A stretch of DNA of 64,000 nucleotides from Bdellovibrionota bacterium (GTDB lineage: Bacteria; Bdellovibrionota_C; UBA2361; JBGSMV01). The stretch spans positions 31,648 to 95,647 of the forward strand of contig JBIKWF010000004.1 of assembly GCA_044356455.1 (NCBI GenBank), given 5' to 3'. Made by a program: the position numbers and the translations under genes. The number at the start of each line of letters is the position of its first letter. The first letter of the stretch is position 1. Positions 37,271 to 45,830 of this stretch are shown here, in pieces. The notes under the pieces are model-generated. The model searched no databases. It saw only the letters and a list, made by a program, of their open reading frames with translations, and was not told where the DNA came from.

Positions 37271-40200
37271 ATGCGTAACGAGCGGAATCGGCTGGAGGGG
37301 ATGATGAAGATGAGGCACTACGCACTGAAATTAAGTCTCGTGGCGGGTCTTTGTGCGGGCAGTCTTTGTTCCTGGGGAATCGCTTCTAGCAGCGCAGAAG
37401 CTGAGAGGGTTGATCCTATATTGCCAGGACTTACTGCGGCTCAGGTAGAGGAAGCCAGTAAGGGATGTTTCGACTGTCACTCAAAGACTGATGCGCCGAG
37501 CATGCACACGAATCCAGGGGTGATGATCGGGTGTACGGATTGCCATGGTGGCGACGCAAAGGTGCGGGCGCAGAACCTTGTCGAGAAATCCGATGCGTGG
37601 GAGGCGGCGAAACACGCTGCTCACGTACAGCCAAAATATCCTGAGCTTTGGCCTTCCTCCGCGAATCCTCAGAACCCCTACACGAGTACGCTCAAAGAGT
37701 CGGCAGAGTACGTAAAGTTTATTAACCCAGGTGACCTTCGTGTGGCGCGGGAAACCTGCGGTGGATGCCATTCTAAGATCACGCACGCGGTTGAACGCAG
37801 CATCATGACTACGTCGGCCATGCTGTGGGGCGGCGCATCGTATAACAATAATATCCTGCCCTATAAGCGCTATATCCTAGGCGAAAGTTACGGAAGAGAT
37901 GGAATTGCCCGAGAGATTCATGCCGCAACACCGCCCTCTCCTGAGCTTATGGCGCGAGGAGCGCTTGAAAAGCTTATTCCGCTTCCACAATGGGAAGTCC
38001 TTCCTCCTGGAGACGTTTTTAGAGTGTTCGAGCGAGGCGGCATTAACATTCGCACCACCTTCCCAGAAATTGGAAATCCTAACCCTCTTGAGGACAGTGG
38101 CCGCCCCGACATTAGACAGTCGAATAGAGGACCAGGAACAGGAAGCCGCATTGCGGTGCCTGTAATCAATATCCATAAGACGCGCCTTAACGATCCGCAT
38201 CTTTCGCTGATGGGCACGAATGATCATCCAGGAGACTACCGCAGCTCGGGCTGTACGGCGTGCCACACAATCTACGCCAACGACAGAGACCCGCGGCATT
38301 CTGGTCCCTACGGCAAGTTGGGCAACGATGGGAAAACCCAGACTATCGATCCAATGATCCCCAAGGATGAAGAGGGGCACCCCATCAAGCATGAATTCAC
38401 GCGTTCCATTCCCACAAGCCAATGCATGATCTGCCATATGCATCAGCCCAACATGTTCGTGAATACTTACCTTGGGTACACGATGTGGGATTACGAAAGT
38501 GACGCCAAGGCCATGTGGCCCGAGAAGCAGAAGTATCCAACCATTGAGGAGACGTATCAGGCTCTCAAGCACAATCCGGAAGAAGCAGTAATTAGAGGTA
38601 AGTGGTCTGATCCTAAATTCCTCAAAGCAGTGTCTGAGCTTAATCCTACCCTCAAGGATACACAGTTTGCTGACTATCACGGCCATGGCTGGAACTTCCG
38701 CGCGATCTTTAAGAAGGATCGTAAGGGACACTTGCTCGACAAGGACGGAAAAATCGTCAAGTTCGACGATCCGCAGAAGTTTAAGAAGGCCGTTCACATG
38801 GCGGATATCCATGTGGACTACGGCATGCACTGCGTAGATTGCCACTTTAATCAGGATGGCCACGGAGACGGAAACATTTACGGAGAAGTAGCGCAGCAAG
38901 TCGAAATCCAGTGCCAGGATTGCCATGGGACGGCAGCGGCCAAGGCGTCGCTAAAGACTTCAGGGCCTGCAGCCCAGACCGGTGGGCGCGATCTTAGTTT
39001 GATGCGTACCCCGTTTGGTGATTCGAGATTCATCTGGAAGAATGGGGATCTCTACCAGCGATCGACGCTGACCAAGGGGCTCGAATGGAAGGTCAGCCAA
39101 GTACGTGACTCGGTGGATCCTTCAAGCAGCGAGTACAATCAGAAATCTGCGCGCGCGAAAACCATGCAGCGCTTAGGGCAAGACGGAGAGCAGCGCTGGG
39201 GCGATCTGTCAGTCATCGACCAAAGCGACAATCTGCGGAAGACCCTTGCGCATTCCGACGAGAGCATGACCTGCTTCTCCTGCCATAGTTCTTGGATCAC
39301 CAGTTGCGGCGGCTGCCATTTGCCCATTCAGGCGAATTGGAAGACCGAGAGTAAGCACTATGACGGAAAGACCACAAGAAACTGGGCAACCTACAATCCT
39401 CAGGTGGTTCGGGATGATATCTACCAGCTAGGTCTGCATGGCCCCGCCAAGGGCTTTAAAGTTGCGCCGGTGCGATCGTCAAGTGCGCTCATCTTGAGTT
39501 CCACCGACATTAGTCGAAATAAGATCTACATTCAGCAGCCCCCAACGGCAGCGTCTGGGCACAGCTCTCAAGCCTTTGCCCCGCACTTCCCGCACACTGT
39601 GCGTAAGACAGAGACGAAGTCCTGCGAGGATTGCCACGTTTCAAAGAAGAATGACAACAATGCCATCATGGCGCAGCTCCTTCTTCATGGCACTAATTTC
39701 ATGAGTTTCATGGGATATAACGCCTGGGTTGCCACAGGCGAAGAAGGACTTGAAGCGGTGAAGGTAACTGAGTGGGATGAACCTCAGTCGGTAATTGGTA
39801 GTTTCCTTCAGAAGTACGCTTACCCTGATCACTTTGAAGCGCATCAGGCGCATGGCAAGGAACTCGAAGAATCTCATCGTCATCATGGTGCGGGGGGTGC
39901 AACCAACACCGTCCAGCTTCGAGGTGAGTATCTTTATACTACCGCAGGGGAGGGAGGCTTTAGAGTTTACGATGTTGCGAATATCGCGAATAAAAATTTC
40001 TCTGAGCGTATCGTGACGTCTCCTGTTTCGCCTCTTGGCCAGGACACTCATGTGGCGACAGAGAATGCGACTTCGTTTGTTATTCCATCATCCTCTCAGA
40101 CTATTGCGCCATCTCGCAAACAGTTGCCAGAGAACATGGAGAACCCACTCCATGAGATCTACCACTATGCCTTTGTCGCAGACGCAGTCGAAGGCCTCAT

Positions 40201-41014
40201 CGTTATTAATGTCGATACCCTTAATGATGGAGATCCGACCAACAACTTTATCAAACGCGCGCTTACATGGAATGAGGGCGGAATCTTGACGGGCGCCAAG
40301 TATATCACCATGGCGGGGTCTACCACGTACGTGCTCACGCACGATAAACTCGTGGTGCTTGACCTTGATAAGCCCATGGAACCCAAGGTCATTGCGACGC
40401 TGCCATTCGATGAGGCAACCGCGGTTGCGATTCAATTCCGCTACGCGTTCGTTACGGACAAGAAGGGACTACACGTAGTCGATATTACTCATACTGCGGA
40501 GCCGAGAATCGTGAAGGGAGCATTTGTGCCCCTTGAAGATGCACGGGGTGTCTACGTGGCACGTACCTATGCCTACGTAGCGGGCGGCAAGCAGGGAGTA
40601 GTCATTGTTGATGTAGAGCGTCCGGAATCTCCGAAGATCTATCAGGTCTTTAACGACGGAGGCCGCATCAACGACACCTACGACATAAAGGTAGCGGCAA
40701 CGAACGCCTCAGCCTTTGCCTATGTGGCCGATGGCGTGAACGGTCTTGTGGTGCTGCAACTCACGGATCCTGATCGCGTGCCGACGTACTACGGCTTCTC
40801 GCCTGAAGTGAAGCCTGAAGTGATTGCGTGGAAGAAGACTGCGGGCCCAGCCCTGAATATTTCAGAAGCGCTCGAGCGTGATAGAGCGGTCGATGAGACA
40901 GGTAACCAAATTGCGGTATTTGGACGCATAGGTTCTCGGCCATTCAACCTCAAGGAGCAGCAGCACTTCTACCTTACTCGCCAGGGCAAGCTGTACACCG
41001 TGCAGGATAAGTAA
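37271..41014 (+). CDS. Secreted decaheme cytochrome c with C-terminal LVIVD-repeat beta-propeller
   Basis: Signal peptide (AEA); 10 CxxCH (CFDCH, CTDCH, CGGCH, CTACH, CMICH, CVDCH, CQDCH, CFSCH, CGGCH, CEDCH); repeats GFRVYDV, GLIVINV, KLVVLDL, GLHVVDI, GVVIVDV, GLVVLQL. Confidence 0.92.
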   Translation: MRNERNRLEGMMKMRHYALKLSLVAGLCAGSLCSWGIASSSAEAERVDPILPGLTAAQVEEASKGCFDCHSKTDAPSMHTNPGVMIGCTDCHGGDAKVRAQNLVEKSDAWEAAKHAAHVQPKYPELWPSSANPQNPYTSTLKESAEYVKFINPGDLRVARETCGGCHSKITHAVERSIMTTSAMLWGGASYNNNILPYKRYILGESYGRDGIAREIHAATPPSPELMARGALEKLIPLPQWEVLPPGDVFRVFERGGINIRTTFPEIGNPNPLEDSGRPDIRQSNRGPGTGSRIAVPVINIHKTRLNDPHLSLMGTNDHPGDYRSSGCTACHTIYANDRDPRHSGPYGKLGNDGKTQTIDPMIPKDEEGHPIKHEFTRSIPTSQCMICHMHQPNMFVNTYLGYTMWDYESDAKAMWPEKQKYPTIEETYQALKHNPEEAVIRGKWSDPKFLKAVSELNPTLKDTQFADYHGHGWNFRAIFKKDRKGHLLDKDGKIVKFDDPQKFKKAVHMADIHVDYGMHCVDCHFNQDGHGDGNIYGEVAQQVEIQCQDCHGTAAAKASLKTSGPAAQTGGRDLSLMRTPFGDSRFIWKNGDLYQRSTLTKGLEWKVSQVRDSVDPSSSEYNQKSARAKTMQRLGQDGEQRWGDLSVIDQSDNLRKTLAHSDESMTCFSCHSSWITSCGGCHLPIQANWKTESKHYDGKTTRNWATYNPQVVRDDIYQLGLHGPAKGFKVAPVRSSSALILSSTDISRNKIYIQQPPTAASGHSSQAFAPHFPHTVRKTETKSCEDCHVSKKNDNNAIMAQLLLHGTNFMSFMGYNAWVATGEEGLEAVKVTEWDEPQSVIGSFLQKYAYPDHFEAHQAHGKELEESHRHHGAGGATNTVQLRGEYLYTTAGEGGFRVYDVANIANKNFSERIVTSPVSPLGQDTHVATENATSFVIPSSSQTIAPSRKQLPENMENPLHEIYHYAFVADAVEGLIVINVDTLNDGDPTNNFIKRALTWNEGGILTGAKYITMAGSTTYVLTHDKLVVLDLDKPMEPKVIATLPFDEATAVAIQFRYAFVTDKKGLHVVDITHTAEPRIVKGAFVPLEDARGVYVARTYAYVAGGKQGVVIVDVERPESPKIYQVFNDGGRINDTYDIKVAATNASAFAYVADGVNGLVVLQLTDPDRVPTYYGFSPEVKPEVIAWKKTAGPALNISEALERDRAVDETGNQIAVFGRIGSRPFNLKEQQHFYLTRQGKLYTVQDK

Positions 41015-41046
41015 GGAGTAGAGGGCCCTAGGGCACCTCAGGCGCT

Positions 41047-41646
41047 ATGCTTGCTCACTGCCGCATCTGCCGTATGCGCTTAGACCACTGTCTTTGCGCA
41101 CTCATTCCTCATTTGCCGACCTCGACGCGAGTTGTGGTCCTTATGCATAGCCACGAGCGCTATAAGACAAGCAGCACCGTGCAGCTTATGGCGCAGGCAC
41201 TTCCTAACTGTGAAGTACGTATGCAGGGGCGTCCGCAGCAGCCGCTCAATTTTGAAGATCTTGCAGACCCCGAGCGCGAAGTGCTTCTCCTGTATCCAGA
41301 AACGTCTGCCGCGCCGCTCACCAAAGAAACTGCCGCAAGCTTTGCGCGCCCTGTGACTCTCGTGGTTCCCGACGGCACCTGGAATCAGGCGCGTAAAATT
41401 GCCGCGCATGCGTCGGCGGTGCCTGGGGTGAGAAGGGTAAAGGTGGCAAGTGAGGTGCCTTCGCGCTACTACCTTCGAACTCCCGATCGTGCCGCTCGAT
41501 TGTGCACTCTTGAAGCAGTCGCGCGCGCTCTGGGAGCACTTGAATCAGAGACCGTTCAGCGCTCTCTCGAGGAGCTTTTAGATCAGATGGTGAAACGGGT
41601 ACTCATGACGCGTTCTTCACCGCTGGCGAAGAGACTTTTCCCCTAG
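41047..41646 (+). CDS. DTW-domain tRNA-uridine aminocarboxypropyltransferase (TapT-like)
   Basis: N-terminal CRIC..HCLC, HSHE, LLYP, PDGTWNQA, LCTLEA. Confidence 0.9.
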   Translation: MLAHCRICRMRLDHCLCALIPHLPTSTRVVVLMHSHERYKTSSTVQLMAQALPNCEVRMQGRPQQPLNFEDLADPEREVLLLYPETSAAPLTKETAASFARPVTLVVPDGTWNQARKIAAHASAVPGVRRVKVASEVPSRYYLRTPDRAARLCTLEAVARALGALESETVQRSLEELLDQMVKRVLMTRSSPLAKRLFP

Positions 41647-41735
41647 CCTAGCCACCTTCGCCCAACGGCAGTCTCACGCGCCCGCTCAATCTCAACGCGT
41701 GGAGATGCGGAACGGTGGCCGTGTGTGTCTCTCTC

Positions 41736-42782
41736 TCAGAAGGGGATGCTGAACATAAGTCCAATTGTGGGCTCGTCCTTAACTTCAGTAAGAATTCTTA
41801 CACTTCCACCCCACAGTGTTGCACCAGCCTCTAGACTGATTCCAGGTTCGTCTTGAATCAAATTTTGAAATGCACCTACTGCGACCCACGCTTGCTTGGC
41901 GGCCCCGAGGTCGCCCATTCGAAGAGCGGCGCGACCGGAGATTCGAATATTCTCCTGTATCTGAAAATCGAGCACGAAACTGCCCGTTTCTTCAGCAAGA
42001 AAAGCATGCGGAGACGCAGCTAACAGCCCAAAGGACGGATTCGCGCCTATTGATGGGCGAATCGTCTGGTCAGGGTAGAGTGAAATATCATTGGCCCCTG
42101 GCGAGGTGAATTCTCCCGCGAGTTCACTCCGATTTTTAGGAATATCTCCAAATACTAAGCGGCACTGAGCTCCGCGAGCGGTTCCGTACGAACCTGATAG
42201 CCACGCCCGCTCTGTATGAGCTGAAAAATTTGCGATTGTTTCCTCCCCTGTTCTCCCTCCTCCAAGACTGAGCCCACAGCCAGACCCTTCGAGCAGCAGG
42301 CGCGCGCGGAAATTGCCAGAATCGTCAACCGCAGCCTGCGCAGCAAGCTGCTCACTCAACTTGACTCGTCCATCAAAGAGAATCTGATCTTGTGTTGGGG
42401 TTTGCATGAGAGAAATTCGAGCGCGATGTCCTTCGTCGCTTTTATAGGCGAAGGCAATCCGCGAGAACTCCATTTCGCTCTCTCTCACGCCCGCGCCAAG
42501 ATTAATCGAGAATCCGCTCAAGGCTAGGTCAAGGCCAAGGTTCGACGCCTCGGAGACAGACCCAGCGAGAGATGGCTTTTCAATCAGCGCGTGTAGACGT
42601 AGCTCGGACCCGCTACTCATCTTGAGCTCGGCAAAACCGCCAAGATTGCCATCCGCGTTGAGGTAGGTAGTGAGATTTCCATTTGTCTTAAGTTCTGGGG
42701 TAGCTGCAGGAGGGGTTTGAGCAAGTGCGCTTCCACATCCAACACCTAATCCAGCAACTAAAGAGGTAAGCGAGCGACCCAT
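41736..42782 (-). CDS. Secreted beta-rich hypothetical protein (possible outer-membrane protein)
   Basis: GGAG RBS before MGRSLTSLVAG; signal peptide ending ALA; Gly-rich short beta strands; ends in Phe. Confidence 0.7.
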   Translation of the reverse strand: MGRSLTSLVAGLGVGCGSALAQTPPAATPELKTNGNLTTYLNADGNLGGFAELKMSSGSELRLHALIEKPSLAGSVSEASNLGLDLALSGFSINLGAGVRESEMEFSRIAFAYKSDEGHRARISLMQTPTQDQILFDGRVKLSEQLAAQAAVDDSGNFRARLLLEGSGCGLSLGGGRTGEETIANFSAHTERAWLSGSYGTARGAQCRLVFGDIPKNRSELAGEFTSPGANDISLYPDQTIRPSIGANPSFGLLAASPHAFLAEETGSFVLDFQIQENIRISGRAALRMGDLGAAKQAWVAVGAFQNLIQDEPGISLEAGATLWGGSVRILTEVKDEPTIGLMFSIPF

Positions 42783-42962
42783 ACTGTTCTCCTTGAAATT
42801 GCGGCTTCCGCATGAGGCACGCCGTAGGGTCGAAGGTATCGATCTCCAGAGTGTTAAGTAGGGTGTTGATTCCGTTGCTGTTTTCCGCGCAGATTTGGTT
42901 CGGCACCATTTTCGAGGAATTCTCCATAACAAAACTAGCTGTTTAGCGTTCGAGGATTCCGC

Positions 42963-44540
42963 ATGAATCGGATTGCTCTATATTTCGGAAATAACAAACT
43001 CTACCGCGTGGAGCTGCAGCATCATCTGCTGTCTTCCCCTGTGGTAAGTATGCGAGGCAAGACTCCGCGTGGTAGGGGAGCGTCCGCAAGCTTCCAATGG
43101 ACGAGAGCGGTGCACGCGCTCTCCGTTCTTCTTTTGAAAGGTGCCTTACGTCAGGTGACCACCGAAGAAGGTCAGTTGGAGGCCGCGATAGAAGGAGAGC
43201 GAAATAGTTTTGCCGCGAGTCTTGATTACGCGCTCGGGAGGCGCCCAGCTTGGTTGACTGAAATGTTTGGATTCACTCACACCAAGCGATCGATCTTGAA
43301 CCTTCTCTTTGTACGTTCGAACCCGGAGCAGAGAGTCCCAGGGCCCGTCTCAGTGGCTCTTCGGCCTCGAGCATGGAGCGAGATGAAGATCGAGGTCTTC
43401 GAGTACAGCCGGCAATTGAGAGAGCGTGGGGAGTTGACTGCCCTCCTTGCTCGACTTGACCCTGAGTTGAACAGTGCGTTGGAGATTAGGGACCGTGAGG
43501 TGCCGCGCACTCCATGTGCTGAGATGTATGAATCTCTTCGCGAGATCCTCCGTCCTGCCTATCGGGCAGAGGTGTTGCGGAGCCTCACCGCCACCAATCC
43601 TCTAAGTCCAGATTGCTTAAAGAGTTGTGTTCGCAACTTTATGGCGAATCCAAGCCTCACACGTAGGCTTGGCCGAAAGGTGAACGAATTTGGGATGCTC
43701 CTGAGGAGCGTCGATACCACAACACGGCTCGGATTAGATGCGTATCGGAAGGATGTCGTCGAAAGAATTCATGAGGCAGGAGAGATACAAGTAGTTGCTC
43801 CAGTAGTATTCGCGGCCTCTCAGGCGCTCTTTACTTATTTGAAGCACTGGCGCGGGTTACCGCTTCAGATTCTTGATCAGTATCCACATGCGGTTGAGTC
43901 AAGTGCACAACTAGCGAAGGGAAATTTTGCGGTCCCTCCCGATTTCGTGATGCAGGGGCTTGGTCCCGCGATTACCGTAATGAAATCATCCGTCGGATCC
44001 GAGTATTCACCATTCATGATGATGCCCGAGGGGCGGATCACACTCCTTACCGCGGGCAGGGAAGACGTGCCACTGAATGGTCTTAGGCATCTCTACCTTC
44101 TTAACGATGAGCCCTCGAGTCCTTTATTTCTGCTAGAAAATCTGATCCGTGACTTCGGGTACCGTGGCGATGCGTCGCATGAGGAGTTGGATGCGAGCAT
44201 TCAACGCCTTAGAAGTGCCGAGAAGGGAGAAGCTTCTATCCTTATGTTCCCGTTCAACTATCTTGTTCGACGTTACTCAGAGTCCTTTGAATGTAACGCG
44301 CCACGGGGAAGCGTCACGGCAGATTACCTACTGTTTGCTTCCAAAAGAATCACGTCTCAACCCAAACTCGCAAACGCCTTTGAAATAGTGATACGTGATG
44401 CCTGGCTTGAGTTAATCTCGAATACTGCGCTTCGAAATGCAGTCGTAGATAAACTTCTCTCGAGCGAACAGCATCTTCGTGTGATTAGCCGCGGATCGGG
44501 ACTTGTTGGCGAATCGGGCGCATTGCCTGTCGCGGCCTAG
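42963..44540 (+). CDS. Hypothetical protein (525 aa), possible one-component regulator
   Basis: GAGG RBS; basic N-terminal domain (SLDYALGRRPAWLTEMFG); the C-terminal alpha/beta region resembles a ligand-binding fold (inference). Confidence 0.7.
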   Translation: MNRIALYFGNNKLYRVELQHHLLSSPVVSMRGKTPRGRGASASFQWTRAVHALSVLLLKGALRQVTTEEGQLEAAIEGERNSFAASLDYALGRRPAWLTEMFGFTHTKRSILNLLFVRSNPEQRVPGPVSVALRPRAWSEMKIEVFEYSRQLRERGELTALLARLDPELNSALEIRDREVPRTPCAEMYESLREILRPAYRAEVLRSLTATNPLSPDCLKSCVRNFMANPSLTRRLGRKVNEFGMLLRSVDTTTRLGLDAYRKDVVERIHEAGEIQVVAPVVFAASQALFTYLKHWRGLPLQILDQYPHAVESSAQLAKGNFAVPPDFVMQGLGPAITVMKSSVGSEYSPFMMMPEGRITLLTAGREDVPLNGLRHLYLLNDEPSSPLFLLENLIRDFGYRGDASHEELDASIQRLRSAEKGEASILMFPFNYLVRRYSESFECNAPRGSVTADYLLFASKRITSQPKLANAFEIVIRDAWLELISNTALRNAVVDKLLSSEQHLRVISRGSGLVGESGALPVAA

Positions 44541-44649
44541 GAGTGTGTCCCCTAGAAATATAAATCCTCATTTTGGACACAATCCGTAGGTAGGCAGTCC
44601 CGCTGCCACCACAACATGTAGTGGTAGAACTTTTCTACGGGACAGACTC
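44541..44649. mobile_element. MITE family A, second copy
   Basis: 9 mismatches over 109 bp versus 4066..4174; flanks CTAG (containing the upstream gene's TAG) and CTGG. Confidence 0.9.
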
Positions 44650-44869
44650 CTGGCGCTTCCTGTTCACGGAGTCGGGATTCGCAGACTATCCGGATCTCGG
44701 CTTGCAGGGACGTTGAGCACGACGAGATTTCTCATGGACATCTAAGAGAGCAACATTTGCAGAGGGAGGAACTCGTCATGGCGCGGGTCTTGCTTGTTAG
44801 GACAATGCTCTTCTCAGGACTTACATTCTCTAGTGCGCGCTAAGTATCTTAAGGCCCAAAGCTAGGGTG

Positions 44870-45265
44870 CTACTTGTGAGAACTCATCGCGGCCGGGGGA
44901 AGATTCATCCCCGCAAATGGATCCGACCCGCCACCCCCGCCTCCACGAAGAGAGGGGAAATGGTGCATAGCAGTAGTGGAAATTCCTGCAACGGGAACAG
45001 CGAGAACCTGACCCGCGCCCGAAGCTACTTCAGCGGCAGCAAGACCAGCCGCCTGAGCAGATGCTCCGCCGGTTGTGGTAAGAGCTTTTGCGCCTCCGGC
45101 CACGAGGCCGTTCATTGCGGTTCGAGCGGGAAAGCTCGCCGCAGCAAGGGCTGACGAACCAAGCGCCATGCTCGCCGCTGCTGCGGCTACGCGCGCAGTT
45201 TGGCCAGTAGCGCTTCCAATAACGCCAGTGACCGCGCGAGTAAGTAATTTCCCAATTCCAAGCAT
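44870..45265 (-). CDS. Ala/Gly-rich low-complexity hypothetical protein
   Basis: MLGIGKLLTRAVTGVIGS...; repeated Ala-rich amphipathic segments; could be spurious. Confidence 0.4.
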   Translation of the reverse strand: MLGIGKLLTRAVTGVIGSATGQTARVAAAAASMALGSSALAAASFPARTAMNGLVAGGAKALTTTGGASAQAAGLAAAEVASGAGQVLAVPVAGISTTAMHHFPSLRGGGGGGSDPFAGMNLPPAAMSSHK

Positions 45266-45437
45266 AGGGCTCAACGGTTCTAAGAGAAGGGGAGTCTACT
45301 AGAATTTTCCTTGGTTAATCTAGTCCAATCCTTAGGTGAAAGTGCGCTCTCTCTAGGTGCCGAATCGAGCGCGCACTTTGCCCAGGCGGCGCCTCTAACC
45401 ATCTAATATCATTGACGAGTTGCCGAGGTGGCCTCGC

Positions 45438-45745
45438 GGCATTTGGTTCGGCACGCCGGGCGCGCGTCGCGCCGTCGCCTACTGGCAGAGGCGGAACGGC
45501 GCGCCCTACCTACTGGTGCGGCCGTCTGGTAGGGCGCCGCGTCCCCGCGGTGCCGCAAGATCTCACGTCCCGGAACGTGGCAGGTAGTTATCCAACACGC
45601 TGATTGTAGAATCGGTACCAACGGTGGATGTCCCCCGGCATTTGGTTCGGCACGCCAGGAACGGCGTGCCCTACCTAGGGGTGCGTTCGTCCGGTAGGGC
45701 GCCGCGTCCCCGCGGTGCCGCGTGATCTCACGCCCCGGCATGCGG
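45438..45745. repeat. Two tandem GTAG-type REP doublets (BIME-like)
   Basis: Each unit: GCATTTGGTTCGGCACGCC...GCCCTAC, spacer, then GTAGGGCGCCGCGTCCCCGCGGTGCCGC..GATCTCACG; palindromes with GTAG feet. Confidence 0.75.
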
Positions 45746-45830
45746 GCCCCTAAAAATCCCACCATGCTGCTGTCGTTTGGCAACCGTTCAAGATATAGGT
45801 CCCTCGGGGCGTTTCATACGGTAGTTTCAT

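Noticed and set aside
37877..38926. 349-aa antisense ORF, and other long shadow ORFs (e.g. 22161..23012, 10868..11569)
   Set aside because: They lie opposite well-supported genes and show no motifs; explained by codon bias.
44779..44794. Sigma-54 consensus match TGGCGCGGGTCTTGCT
   Set aside because: The spacing is correct, but no credible plus-strand gene follows within about 1 kb; may be chance or a remnant.
45409..45783. ORFs over the REP cluster (and over family B, C and D repeats)
   Set aside because: They are translations of GC-rich palindromic repeats.
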